The notes: generated by a model from the letters alone, not told the origin. A DNA stretch of 64,000 nt from Nitrosopumilus sp. (GCA_965223425.1 OZ245003.1:2304001-2368000), one strand, 5' to 3'; shown: positions 22,310-35,100, counted from the first letter of the stretch. A program made the numbers and translations.

Positions 22310-22519
22310 ATGTCTTCAAAAATACAAAAATATGTAAAGAAACCCATCCCAATCGAGGCAGTGCAGCTAGAAAAAGTCAAGACAATAAAAACATTGGAAG
22401 GGACAATGAAAGGTAAAAAGGGAGATTATCTGGTAACTGGTATTCGTGGTGAAAAGTACATCGTCAAACGAGATATTTTTGAGGAAATGTATGTTTTATT
22501 TCAGACGAAGGAAACCTAA
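22310..22519 (+). CDS. Small PGDYG-like protein
   Basis: KKPIPIEAVQ...TLEG.M....GDYLVTGIRGEKY....DIF...Y. Confidence 0.75.
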   Translation: MSSKIQKYVKKPIPIEAVQLEKVKTIKTLEGTMKGKKGDYLVTGIRGEKYIVKRDIFEEMYVLFQTKET

Positions 22520-22817
22520 CAGCTGTTATTATTGGTATCATTGGTATTGTCATAGGATCCTTATTTCTCAAATCGTAAAAGAGTGTAAAGTTTAATACGT
22601 CCGTTCTGACGTACATTAGTCAAACAGTTTACATTGTTCCAAACTCGGGATATTTAACCGGACTGTTCAATTCGGGACATGGAAATTTAGAACTCATATG
22701 GCTGTTCAATTTGGAACTTAACTGGTTAAAACACTGTATAATAAAAGAATTCAAAAGATAATTACATGGTTCAAAATTCGGGTTTTCAACATATGTTAAA
22801 TTCTAGTAATGGAGCGG

Positions 22818-23117
22818 TCAATCAATGTAATAAGATATTTCAAATTTTCTGTCTCCGAGCGGCTCAAGATTTAGTTTGTGTGGGTGTTCTTTTTCCCAAC
22901 GATTCAGTCCTAGTTCTATAATCCACCTAGTGATTTGCTTTCCTCTCAACTCAGGACATGTTTTCCAAAAAGAATCGGTCAAAGTAATTGGAACGAAAGA
23001 TGTTTTTTCTCCAAGTTTTACAGACACTACTTTCCATGAGGGATGAAATTTTCTCATGTCTGTTTTATCTACATACAATCTGTAGCTTGAGCCCACTCTT
23101 TGAGTCGTTAGAACCAA
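22818..23117 (-). CDS. Hypothetical protein
   Basis: ORF with SFWKTCPELR motif; 5' end abuts IS5. Confidence 0.55.
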   Translation of the reverse strand: MVLTTQRVGSSYRLYVDKTDMRKFHPSWKVVSVKLGEKTSFVPITLTDSFWKTCPELRGKQITRWIIELGLNRWEKEHPHKLNLEPLGDRKFEISYYID

Positions 23118-23161
23118 TAAGAAAGTTAATTTGGAATTCTATTTAGACCTTGACGTAACTA

Positions 23162-24384
23162 TAGATTGTTGCATAACACGCCTAAAATCTACCACGCAGT
23201 TTAAACTGACCAACAAATACACATGTTTCTGACCGAAAAAGCTTTAGATCATGACGGCATGCTCAAAGTGTTGACCGATAATGCAAAGTACGTCCGGCGT
23301 GGTGCAGAGCTGGTAGTGCAGTACAATCCCGACTGGAGCTGCGAGGTAGGGCAGGCCAACTGCGGCAAGGAGGAGGGGGGCACCGTTCCAGTATGCAGAC
23401 ACCATGATCATATGACAGCCGCACTGAGAACCGCCCTCGGCGTTCCATTCAGGCAGCTGTCCGGGATGGCAGATAAGATGCTTGAGGGACACGACTCGCC
23501 GCACTATACCACGCTGTGCAGAAGAATGGAGAAATTTGACATTAGCATTCACGGCAACGCCATATACGTTCATGATACATCCCGGCACGTAACCCCGGTG
23601 GCCGATGCCACCGGACTCTGACAGTGGAACCGCGGAGAACGGATACGCGACAAGTGGAAGGCGGTGGTGGTGACGCGCAAGGGATATGTCAAGATGCACC
23701 TGCCGGCAGATGCGGACACCGGCATGATACTTGCTGCAGTAGTCACAGACGACAGAACCGGCGACTCGCCGGTACTGCAGGATCTGCTGGATCAGGCAGT
23801 GGCAGAGCCGCTTGCCAAGGCCTGGAAGGACGATGCGAGAAAGAGGCCAAACATGCTTGCAGACGGAGTCTCTCCGCTTGCCGGTTCGGCAGGCGGCAAG
23901 GAGGAGGAAGAAAAGGATGCACCGGGCGCCAGCCTGCTTGCAGACGGCGCATATGCATCCAAGAAAAACATGAATGCGTGCAGGAAGAAGGGCATCAAGC
24001 CGCTTGTGCCCCTCAAACCGTGCCTTGCTGAGAGCGGCAGGGGCGATGACGGCAAGGAGTGGAACCTGGCCGTGAAAGAGCAGCTGGGAGGCAGCGCAGG
24101 CATGCACGTCAAGGGACTGACAGTGGAACAGAAAAAGGAGAACAGAAGATGCTGGAAGTCTACTGTAGGGTACGGCAAAAGGTGGAGAATAGGGGCAATC
24201 ATCTCCGCATTCAAGCGGATGTTCGGAGAGCATCTGCTCTCACGCAAGTGGGAGAGCATGGTAAGAGAGGCAAGGGTGAGGATTGCCATGTACAACCGGT
24301 GGGTGGCAGCAGCAATGTAGGGGAGCAGGTGCATGGATCCTGGGATGAACGGGATGTGGTCAGGCCGAGTTATGCAACACACTA
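23162..24384 (+). mobile_element. IS5-family element type A, copy 2, frameshifted
   Basis: Same TIRs and transposase as 1779..2993, opposite orientation; TA on both flanks. Confidence 0.88.
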
Positions 24385-25284
24385 TAGGATGGAACTTGGA
24401 AGTGTTAAACCGTTTGGAGTGCGCCGCAAGGCGAAATATTCAGGTGGTGGCAGCTTGATGTGAATTTGGCGACAACCCCTACTCATGGTGTGCCTTGACT
24501 TTACATTCAGGGACATGGAGAATCTTGCAGCTCTGCTGAGGATGCCGTGGAACGAACCCCTGCCGGATCACAGCACCATTGCCAAGTTCATGCAAAAGAT
24601 TCCTGCTGCGTGGCTTGAGGACACGGTTGCCGTCACGGCAGCATCGTGCCTTGCAGGATTTGACGTCTCTGATCTTGCGCCGGCATCAGACAGCAGCGGC
24701 GTTGCCACTGACAGGTATGAAAGAGTGCAAAAAAAGGCCAAAAACAGGCACAAACCGGAGGCAAAGCGTCAAAAGAAGTATCTGAAATGGCACGTGGCCT
24801 CGGTACTGGGCCTGCAGGTCATACTCTCCTGCCGCATCACATCCAACAGGATGGCAGACACTGCAGTTTTGCCTCGCTGCTAAGGAAGATCAAAAAGACA
24901 GGCATTGCCTTTGCAGGCAGGTTCAACGCAGACAGGGGGTATGATTCTGATAGGAACTGCAGGCTTGTCTTTGGTGCCGGCATGACCCCGAACATAAAGC
25001 AGAGGGGCAATGCCGTGAACAGGACAAAAAAGTTCAGGAAAAAGGCCGCAGGGCTGTTTGACGGGGAGATCTACAAAAAACGAGGCATGATAGAGGGAAT
25101 ATTTGGAGCAGAGGAGACAGAGGGCCACAGGTTGCTGTGCAGGTTCAGAAAGACATCCACAAGAAGGCGGTTTGGACTGTGCAAGGCCATAGGATGGAAC
25201 TTGGAAGTGTTAAACCGTTTGGAGTGCGCCGCAAGGCGAAATATTCAGGTGGTGGCAGCTTGATGTGAATTTGGCGACAACCCC
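24385..25284 (+). mobile_element. IS5-family type B: right-end fragment (24385..24479) followed by a 5'-truncated, frameshifted copy
   Basis: End motif GATGTGAATTTGGCGACAACCCC twice; PDHSTI, DSSG, NADRGYD, RGMIEGIF. Confidence 0.82.
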
Positions 25285-25287
25285 GGG

Positions 25288-25939
25288 ACTTCCTACAGAT
25301 AAACTTCATTGCATCAAGCTTGGGACGAGCTGTCCTGAAATATTCTGACATTGCATGGCGCATGTGCACAACCGTAGCGTAATATTCAGATACCAGCACG
25401 CCCCGTTTTGCCTGATGCCAGTACTCCTCTGTAACGCTGAGCTCGGGAGTTGCAGTCGGAAGCCATATGACCTTGACGTTCTTGTTTCCCTTTAGGAATT
25501 TGCTTACAATTATTCCCTTGTGCTGCGGCGCGTTGTCCATTATTATGGCCACCTTTCCAAAATGCCTTGCCAATTCCTTCAAGTATTGCAGTACGGTCTC
25601 CTTGTCGAATTTGTCGTACGTCCGGAAGAACTGCCTGCCGTCAATCCCGATGGAGCCATACGCCACAACCCTGCCGTGCCGTCCCTTGTACGTCGTTATG
25701 ATCGGCTGGCCCTCAGGCGACCAGTACTTTGCGCCGGATGTCGGGTCGTCGATGAAGATGGCCTCGTCAAATACCACGACGGCAAAACCCAGTTTTTTCA
25801 GGCGTGAAATCTGCCTTTTTGCGCTGCGCTGCCATTTTTTGATCTCGTCGATCTCTGCCCTGTTGATGTGGATTCGCCGTACCGTCTTGGCAGTCAGGCC
25901 GAGTTTGCGCATTATCTTTCTGACGTTTGTGATGTGATA
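25288..25939 (-). pseudogene. IS630 transposase C-terminal half, truncated on both sides by other ISs
   Basis: High similarity to 20651..21670. Confidence 0.85.
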
Positions 25940-26546
25940 TAGTGTCAAGCAAAAGTTCTTGAATGATCAAATTTGCCAAGCAGGAACATATTTTGATCCC
26001 CGCAACCTAGTTGAGGCATGCCTCCAACATTAACATCGGAAGATCTCAGGAAGACGTACAAAAACGAGAAGGATCTCAGAATAAGAAGCAGGATACTGGC
26101 AGTAAACATGGTGTGCGTGCAGGGTGCAAGCGTCCACAGATTACCGCCGACTTTCTGCTGCAGAGCGCAGGATGGGTATCTTATTGGGTAGATCGCTTTG
26201 AGAAGGGCGGAATAGATGCCCTTCGGGATCTTCCCAGAACAGGCAGACCGCCCAAGATTGAACAAAAAAAGATCAACAAGATAATATCGTCCCGTCCGGG
26301 CAACAGAACCACACCCAAGATGCTCCGCAACGACATACGAAAGAAGCATCATATCACATACCACATTACGTCTGTCCGAAGAATATTGAAAAGGATGAAC
26401 ATGTCTGTCAAGAGGACACAGACGGTTCATGCAAACAGGGCAAGCACAAAAAAGATCCGCAGCTGGCAAAAACGCATAAAAAACAAGATTCCACGCCTGA
26501 ATCGGGAGGGGTTTGTAACTGTGATACAGGACGAGGCCATCTACGT

Positions 26547-27915
26547 CAGTAGTTCCCAGATGTAGATTTACCGCAACCGCAACTGGCATCGGTTCTACTT
26601 GCCTCGATCATTGACAAACAACTCGTTTCTGCTTGTAATGTACACGATAAACAACGCCATGGTGAGTTTTTTTCCCGCAGAAGACGCTCTTCCGTGCCTC
26701 TTTCCCGCATCAAGGCAGAACCTGGCAATCCTCCACAGGTTGTACAGCAGCAGCGGCAGGTAAAACATCAGCAGCCTCACAGACAGGGAGTTGCTGCATG
26801 TCCTGCCCATGATCTCCTTTATGACGCGAAACCCCGTCTCGATGCCCCATCTCTTGCGGTACTGCTCCGGTATGATGCCTGTCATGGCTCTGGCGCTCCT
26901 GATGGGAATGTTTGTTGCAAACGCAATGTATTGCTCCTCCCCCTCCTCTTCCCCCTCCCCCTTTTTCTTCTTCTTCCTGTCTCTTTTGACAATTACAAGG
27001 TTGTAGGTCACAGTTACGCCGTCTTTGTTGGTCATTGACTGCTGCGATACCTGGCTTGCCTTTCCGTCCTTGTACATCTTGACTATCCTCTTGATCTTGG
27101 AGTTCATGATGACAGGCATAATGTAGCGGCACCCGCCCTTTCCTGCCTCTGTCATGCAGTCAACGTTGTAAAAGGCGCGGTCGTACAGGAACACAGTCTT
27201 TGAGTGTGCGCCCCCTCTGAGGATTTTCGTGCGTGTTTTGGCTATAAAATCGGCCAGTTTTTCCTTTGCCGGTAGTAGCTTCGATTCCAGGACAATCTGC
27301 GAGGAGTCCCTGCCGACTCCGTGCACTGCGACATACGAGAGAAACGTGGATGTTCCTGCCCTTGGACGCGACTTTCTTGTATGCTCCTGCAGCTGCTCCC
27401 CATGGTATGGTATGTCCGTAACGTCTATTGCAATGGCGTCGATGTCCTGCAGCATTCCTGCACGGCAGGCGTGCCGCACCGTGCGTGCCAGCGTCCTTGC
27501 ACACCAGGCCTGCACGTCTGCCGGTTCGACGCCACGGACTGCAGACATGACCAGGTCTGCATCAGGCGTACGTGCACCCGTGTCTTGAAGCCTGTTGTGC
27601 CGCACGAGGGATTCTACAAACGTGTTTCTCTCAGACGCCTTGATTAGCACGTCCAGTATGTCATTGCATCCGTATACGGCGTTGTGCCTCTCAGACATTG
27701 GCATGCCAAGCTTTTGAAACGACGAGCGCAAGATTTTAAACCGGTTTGATGTTATATTGTACTGGCGTGCGATCAGTTCGTCATGTAATTCGACTTTCAT
27801 GACATATTGCACGCCGTAGCCTAATCTGGATCTTTGCATTGCAGTTATGCGGTAACGCACCGGCATCTGGGCATAAACCTACATCTGGGCACAAATCTAC
27901 ATCTGGGAACTACTG
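26547..27915 (-). mobile_element. ISH3-family element type 2, intact transposase 26595..27866
   Basis: TIR CAGTAGTTCCCAGATGTAGATTT, ACGT duplication; three CATCTGGG subterminal repeats; YRKRWGIETGFR. Confidence 0.92.
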
Positions 27916-27949
27916 ACGTGCACGAGAATGCGGCAGGCCGAAAGTACTG

Positions 27950-29091
27950 TAGTTAGCACATTAAATAATTGAACATTTTCACAGGCAGGATCTCCTTTCT
28001 GGCAAACAGCTTGCGTACTGACTGCTCCATCTCATCTAGCGTGCCAAACACTTTTGCAGACAGTACCCGTTTTATCACCCTCCACTGCATCTCAATGGGA
28101 TTAAGCTCCGGCGTGTACGGCAGCAGGTACTCCAGAACTATCTCGCCGTTGTATCTTTCCAGAAACTCCTTTACCTTTTTGGATTTGTGATATGACGCAT
28201 TGTCTACAAACAGCAGCACCTTGCCGAATCTTTTGTGAACCCGTTCCAAAAAGTTGCAAAAGCTGTCGCTGTTTGACTTTTCATAAAACATAAAGTAAAA
28301 TGCGTTTGCCGCCAAAGCTCCAAAGATGTATCTTCTTTCGCGTGACAAAACAGAGGGGGATGTGGCGCGCTTGCCGCGCCTTCTCCACCCGTAGCCGGGC
28401 CTGTTTGATGCCTTTTGAATCGAGGATGCATCGCCGGCCAGTACGGTGTATCCCTGCGCCGACTTTTCTGCAACGAGTTTTTTTGCCCGCTCCTGAAACT
28501 CTTTTTGCTTTCTTTTTGAGGCTGATCTTGGGTTTTTTGGACGCGCCTTGCTCCACGAAAAGCCCATCTCCCTGACCAGCTGCAGCGCGCCTGTCTTGCT
28601 GTACTGCACGCCGAACTTTTTCTTGATGTGCAGCCTTACCAGGTTGGAATCCCACAGGCTGCTCTCAAAGCCGCATGATTCTGGCCCCGCATCCAGGTCT
28701 GCTGCAAGCTGTCTTGCCTGCGGCCCGCCTATCAGGTGCTTTCGTCCCCTGCCGCTGCGCTCGAACCTTGCGCGTATTCCCTCGTCCTGTGCGCGGTTGA
28801 GCCATGCAGATATGGTGGACTTGGGCCTTCCCAGCATCCTTCCAATCCTGTCTAGCGGCACGCCGTCCTTGCGCTGCATGTACGCAAGCAGCCTGTCGCG
28901 CCTTCTGGGATCGGTCTCTTTTTTGTATGCCCTTTTGAGGTCTGCAACGCTGGTGTTTGGCAGAAATTTTGCCCCCCTTGCAACCTGTCTCTTTTTTTGT
29001 TTGTACATGCAGTGTGTGCGATATGGCCGGTCTTGGATCTTTTGGCCAAAAATAATTGTCAAAATGGTTCAGGTTTTTTATGTACTTACTA
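27950..29091 (-). mobile_element. IS630-family element, intact transposase ORF (27953..29062)
   Basis: TIR TAGT.AG.ACAT.AAA; GDASS, VDNASYH, PELNPIE; TG duplication. Confidence 0.9.
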
Positions 29092-29778
29092 TGGTCTCCC
29101 AAGGGAGAGCCGGTGACGGTTCCGTATCGTACAAGACGCAAAAGAATAATCGCCTCAGGTGCAATATCGGCTGATGGCCGCAGGTTCTTTAGAACGTATG
29201 AGCAAAGGTTTGCCAAGGAACACTTTCTGTCGTATCTCAAGGAGCTGCAACATAACTTTGGCAGGGTGCACGTTATCATGGACTCTTCGTCTGTGCATAC
29301 TGCAAAAATAATACAAGAGCATGTCCGGAAAAGCAAGGACATCCGGGTCACGTATCTTCCCGCCGCGACGCCGGAGCTAAGCGCCATGGAGGAGTACTGG
29401 CACCAGTCAAAGCACGATGTACTGGTGTCTGAATATTATGCAACAGTTGGGGCGATGAGACAGACGCTTTCAGAGTATCTGAGGACGCATTGCACAAAGC
29501 TTGACGTGATCAAGTACGTCAAGAGAGATCCAAAAACCTTCAAGAACTTATAGTTCAAACTATAGACAACAGAAATCATGGGGTCGTACCCTCATTGATC
29601 TGTTTGCATTTTGTAGCCGGTTTGGCCTGAATTAGAGCAGACTTCGCTTAGCTGCATAGTTAGTTATATTGATATATCGTGATATTTGGTATTTGGTATT
29701 GAGTCGTTGTTGTGAAGAACCGGATGATAAAATCTGGACATTATATCTTGATTGTGCTGATCAGGTAGTGCGTGTATT

Positions 29779-30408
29779 GTGATGATGATTCCTGTATTGA
29801 TGATGACAGTAATAGCGTTGGTGTCATTACCTGCATTACAGACATCAGCAGTGCTTGATGGTGAAGATATCAAAATCAATTCATTCCATATACCGAAATG
29901 GGTCAAACATACAGCATTGATGTACGGTCAGGATTCCATAACCCAGAGTGATTTTCTTAATATGATTCAGTTCCTAGTAGCAGAACAGATAATCAAAATG
30001 CCAAACAACCACAATAACCCATCTCAAAACGATAACAGGATTGATGATTTGGTTGAAAGGCAGGATAAAATCATCACGGTATTAACAATCATGAATGACG
30101 TTAATCTAAACAATATCTCATTAAGCAATCAGCGAAATACGATTGATGATGAATGGACTGAATTCATTACCATGTACAACAAAAGAATCAGTGAGTTAAA
30201 CATTGAGATTGACTTGAACAATAAGAGAGGGGTAAATGAACAAGTGTTAGACCTGATAAATGCTGAAATAATAGAACTGGGTGCAGAATTGGACAAAAGA
30301 TATCAGAAATATGTTAAAGAGATTAATGAGTTAGAGTCACAGTATTACTACTGCATTACCTGTGGTGATATTCTTGCCAGTCTTGTTGAGGATAACAAAC
30401 AAGGGTGA
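29779..30408 (+). CDS. Secreted protein with thaumarchaeal IPxWVK motif and coiled coil
   Basis: Signal peptide; IPKWVK...ITQSDFLNMIQFLV..QII. Confidence 0.7.
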   Translation: MMMIPVLMMTVIALVSLPALQTSAVLDGEDIKINSFHIPKWVKHTALMYGQDSITQSDFLNMIQFLVAEQIIKMPNNHNNPSQNDNRIDDLVERQDKIITVLTIMNDVNLNNISLSNQRNTIDDEWTEFITMYNKRISELNIEIDLNNKRGVNEQVLDLINAEIIELGAELDKRYQKYVKEINELESQYYYCITCGDILASLVEDNKQG

Positions 30409-30591
30409 TAATGTAAATGGCCAAAGATGTTAGAACTGAAAAGCCTATAAGAGGATTGTGGATTTGCCTCAAAAAAGGCATGGAAAAAGTCACATGAATC
30501 TAAAGAAGAATACGACTAGATTATTCAGTGACAATTCAGAGAAGATCGGTATTTTGTGCCATGTCCCCACAAGTTAGCAGAACCTTCTAAA

Positions 30592-30688
30592 GGGCTCTGT
30601 GTGAAGTTGTCGTGGGTTAACATGTGTTAAGAGAAAATTTTCAATTCAGAGAAAACTCATATTTCATACCCAACACACGACAACTTCA
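30592..30688. mobile_element. ~90-bp MITE-like element, copy 2
   Basis: Reverse-complement match to 1581..1671. Confidence 0.7.
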
Positions 30689-30987
30689 ACCTTCTTTCTT
30701 CAAGGACGCTGTATAATGAACGAAAACACAACCTGTACGCAAGAAAGCTTGGGAAGATAGGAAATCAATAACAAGACAAGCTGGAGGAGGAGAAGGAGGA
30801 GTAAGCAGAGCACGTAACGCCAGAAGTTTACATAGATGTTTGATAACCTTATCCTCTCTTGGTTTTGACATGAGGTTGCTGCAAGTCATGATCCCGGACC
30901 TGCTGATCAAAAAATGCAGTCAGGTGGTGTAAGCGATTTGATGGTGCACTAACACACCACAATGGATTTCTCAGGGAGAACCATCTA

Positions 30988-32127
30988 ACGTAGTGACTAG
31001 GATAAATAACCGCTCATCCTTGTTATCCTGACCTCACGTCTATACAGCATTGTCCATATGGATTCCTTCATCACCTTTGTGCTTTCATACATCACGTTTG
31101 CAGTGGCCCTTCTTAACAGCCTCCACTGCCCCTCCGTGGTATTCAGCTCCGGGGTGTACACGGGCAAGCAAGCAGGGACTATGTCGCCGCCATACGAGTC
31201 GACAAAATCATTGACCGTCTCTGACTTGTGGTACGATGCGTTATCAAGAAAGGCGATGATCTTGCCGTGCTTGAGATGCAGGTGTCCGAGCATGTCCACA
31301 AAGCCGTAGCTGTCGGCCTTGGCATAGAACCTGCAGTCAAAGCCGCCGTCGTACAGCGCCCCAAACGAGTAGAACCTTTTGCGCGACAGGCTGACTGGAG
31401 TGGTGACGGGCCTGCCCCTGGGGTACCACCCGTTCTTGGTATTCCACCCAATGATAAAGGAGGCCTCGTCAACTGTAACCACCGTATGGTCTGGATGGCT
31501 CCGGATTATCTCCCCTGCTTTTTTTTTAAACTTTTTTTTCTCTGATTCTGAGGCTGACTTGGGTGCTTTGGACGCGGCTTTCTGCACGAAAAGCCCATCC
31601 TGTGCAGTATGTCATATATGCTGACAGTGGCATACTGCACGCCGAACTTTTTTCTGATGTGTACGGCCAGCAGCGGTGCCGTCCACACTCCGGACTCAAA
31701 GCCGCAACTGCGCGGGCCTGCCAGCAGGTCTGCGCGCAGCTGTTCTATCTGTTCCGGATCGAGCTTGTTTGGCGCGCCTTCATTTTTGATGTCGTATCTG
31801 CCGTCGGTGCCAAGCTGTGCGGCGCGCACAAGCCAGCCCCGTACTGTGGAATATGACCTGTTGAGGGCCATGCATATCCGGCGTATGGACATGCCCTCCT
31901 TGCGCATGGCATATGCCAGCAGTCTTGCTGCGGCCCTGGGATCTGTCTCCTTTTTTTGCATGCTGCGCAGGCGCACACTGGAGACTCCGGACAGGAATCT
32001 TTTGTCTGCCGGTATTACTATGGAATCGTTGTATTTCATGCGGATTCTGCCATACACTGGGATCTGGATCTTGTGGTTGAATAATGTTGTCTGTTTTGTG
32101 AGCGATTGTTAATCCAATTCACTACGT
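30988..32127 (-). mobile_element. IS630-family element, transposase in two frames (32057..31506, 31587..30997)
   Basis: ACGTAGTGA/TCACTACGT ends; VDEAS, LDNASYH, PELN; frameshift near RPKHP|KSAS. Confidence 0.87.
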
Positions 32128-32143
32128 AAACGTCCGTTCCCCA

Positions 32144-35100
32144 TTATTTGTCCTGCTTTTGTCTCATGATGAACATGACAGCAATTCCGATCGCAACACC
32201 GGCTGCTACTCCAAGGGCAATACCGGAATTAAATGACAAATCAGAATCACCAGGGTTGTTTCTTTGAGCAAAGTCCGGCAGGGGTTCTGTTTGGGCAACA
32301 GTATCATTACTGTCGTTGAGAGGAGGAAGAGGGGAAGTGGAAGGGGGAAGAGAAGAAGGATCCGCTACTCCAAATGTGGTTTCTGCCTGTGCGTCCTGAG
32401 ACGAAATATTGGTAAATTTAGCTGCAAGCGTGACAGGTTCTGTCGTGGAATTTCCTCCAAACAGCGTTGAATGTGTCAAAAGTGTATAAGTTCCAGTTTG
32501 ATTAATCGGAACATAAAGAACAGTGGAGGTGTCATCCTTGTTTTTTACGGGAAAGAACCCGCCGCCCTGGCTAAAACCAGAAACGCCCAGCCAGTCAAGT
32601 GAGGCCCATCCTAGAAAATGGCCAAACACTCCGGAGGGAACATTTGTCTGGACAATCCGTCCGGAGGGATCCATTACAAAGACAGACAGGTTGGTATCAT
32701 CAGTCAGCCATGAAAGCTCGATTGCCGCTGAATTAACTGATTCGTCTTGGATGTCAAAGTAATACTGCCGCCAGTCTCCTGCCATGTATCTGTTAACCAT
32801 ATCAAACGCTCCCTTGGTGTATCCGTTGCCATACAGAACATCGTCGCCCTGTCTTCCTTCAATAACTACGGCAGAGTCATTTTGATCAACCAGATGCTTG
32901 ATTACAAAGGATACAGGCGCGTTTACAGAGTGCCGCTCTCCCTCAAAACTTAGAAATCCCTGATAAGCCCCTGTCTGCAGATCAGATGGTGCAACCAAAG
33001 TTACATCAACTGTGGCAGAAGCCTTTGGAGGCACGGTAATTTGCTGTGACTCAACCCACAGGGCAGGCCAATTCTCCTTTTGATAGTATCTTGCAGACAG
33101 CGTGTAATCCATCGAGGTGGAGTTCATTTTTGTATCGCCTGTCCAGTAGGAATATCTTGTCGGAACGGGATACACCCCAACCAGCGGAACCCCTTCAAAC
33201 TTTTCGTTGGGATCAGTGACCCTAAGCTCCTGAACGGTTCCCCACGAACCGGCCCTGTTTACCATGGACAGCTCATCGCTTGTAACTTCCGTGTCGTTGT
33301 TGCTATCAAGCCAGTCATAAAGATACAGGGAAGAGATTCTGAGATCACCGGCATACATATCTGAGGTTTCATTCATGAACGTGTCAAACGGAAAATTTAC
33401 GCTTAACACCATTAACGAAGAGTCATCAGGAATTGGATCTTTGTCGTCAAAAAATTCGTCCAAAGTGGAGGGCTGCCTTACATCTGCAAGCCTGACATAG
33501 TTGGGAATGTAGGATCCAGACTTGTTAAGCGCGGAATCCTGCTGACGTACGGCAGTTGCGCCATCAAACTCGGTCTTTGCAATTAAAGACAGCTTTTTTG
33601 GCATTACGTCAACTGTCAGCTCGTTCTCAGAGGGATTGACTACGGTAAAGGTCGCAGGGCTTCTCTCCCCAGGCAACAGCTGTCCTGCAAACCAGCTAGT
33701 CATCGGAATGGATCTTGATGGCAGCCCAAACCGTTCAAATCCAATCGCAGTCAAATTGAGAGAGTCCATCGCAGGATCCAGAATTTTCTTAATGTTGTGG
33801 TATGATGCGTCATTATATACAATAAACGAGCCGTTTTTTCCAGCAACATAGTCCAAAGCAGAGGAGACGTCAACCAGTCCCGACCCCTGGGTGAACGGGT
33901 CATTTTCCAGGTCAGCGGCAGTAGACATTAGGATGTTTTTGACTGTGAACGGATCGGCGTCTTGGGACTGTCTTTTCATTACCTCAATCAGAACTGCCGC
34001 ACCCCCAGATACGATAGGCGCTGCCATGCTGGTTCCTCCAAACAGGGAAAAGGACTCGTCCTTGGAGTCTTTTTGGGTTTTTATGACGTTTGAAGGGGTA
34101 AACCCGTATGCGCCAACGCCCATCAGGTCAGGCTTGGGATCGCCAACAGGGCCCGGGCCCCTGCTGGAAAAGTCAACTACGTGGTTGTAATGGGACGTCG
34201 TATTTCCAAATCTTGGCTGCTCCTTGAATGGCCCGTAACCTACAAAGACATTATTGGTAGTTGCGCCAACTGAGATTCCGTACGGCGAAACGCTAGGCAG
34301 TCCCACCGTACCGTAACCATGTCCGGAATTTCCGGCACTGGAAACCATTGTCACCCCGGGATAGTCATCATCCAAAGAATGAGGCGTCACCAGCACGCCG
34401 AGAATCAAAGAGAGGACATCCATGCCAGGGGACGCGTTAAAAGTTGGAAATGCAGAGACGCCCCAGCTGTTTGAGATTATGTCAACTCTGGGATTTCCCG
34501 TAAACTTCCAATCATGCCCTGCATTATCAAATCCGGCAGACCACAGCCATCCATACACCGTATCGCCAAACCACAGCGCCTTTACCGGAACAATCTTTGC
34601 ATCCGGAGCTACGCCGGTAATGGTGTATTTTTCAGTGTTGTTGTAGATGTCATAAGTCTCATGCCCCCGCGAGGCAATGGATGCGGCACTAGCTGTGCCA
34701 TGCCCCGCAAAATCCGTCATCAGTCCAAAAAACTCACCGTCGGGATCCAAGGCGGGAAGCAGTGTCCCGTTGACTGCCCGTATCGAGTCGTGAATTTCTG
34801 CGGTCTTGTTTTGCATCACCCCGTAAACGTCCAGGACTTGGGCGCCAAACGTTCCTGCGCTATAGTCATTTTTTCCGTCGCCGTTTGAGTCATAGACAAG
34901 AAATTCGTTTCCGCTTCCCAGCACAATCGGCTTTTCGTCGGTAAAATCAAAGTCATAGCTTGGCTTTTCATCCGGCTCCAGATCAAACCTGGTATAGTCT
35001 TCCCATGAGGTACTCAGATCCGGGATTATTGTGTCATAAACCCCGGGCATGAAAGAGTCAACGACTAGCACGGGCACAACCTGGATTCGTGCCAGGGGCC

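Larger units (their letters stand above)
25940..29562 (+). mobile_element. IS630 element split by nested ISH3 and IS630 insertions
   Basis: TAGT ends with TA flanks; coding pieces 26017..26546, 27916..27949 and 29092..29553 rejoin (DEAIYVHENAAGRKYWSPKG). Confidence 0.85.

Noticed and set aside
22630-22790. Repeated GTTC(A)AA.TCGGG motifs as iterons
   Set aside because: Irregular and degenerate; reads like a decayed NSG-repeat coding remnant (PNSGYLTGLFNSGHGN).
1779-24384. Composite transposon between the two inverted IS5 type A copies
   Set aside because: Copies are diverged with different frameshifts and the outer flanks (TT vs TA) do not match.
31500-31570. Programmed -1 frameshift at the A-rich run of IS630
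   Set aside because: Comparison with the intact paralogue at 27953 (RPKNPRSAS) places the frame change upstream of the A run, at HP|KSAS, favouring a 1-bp deletion or error.
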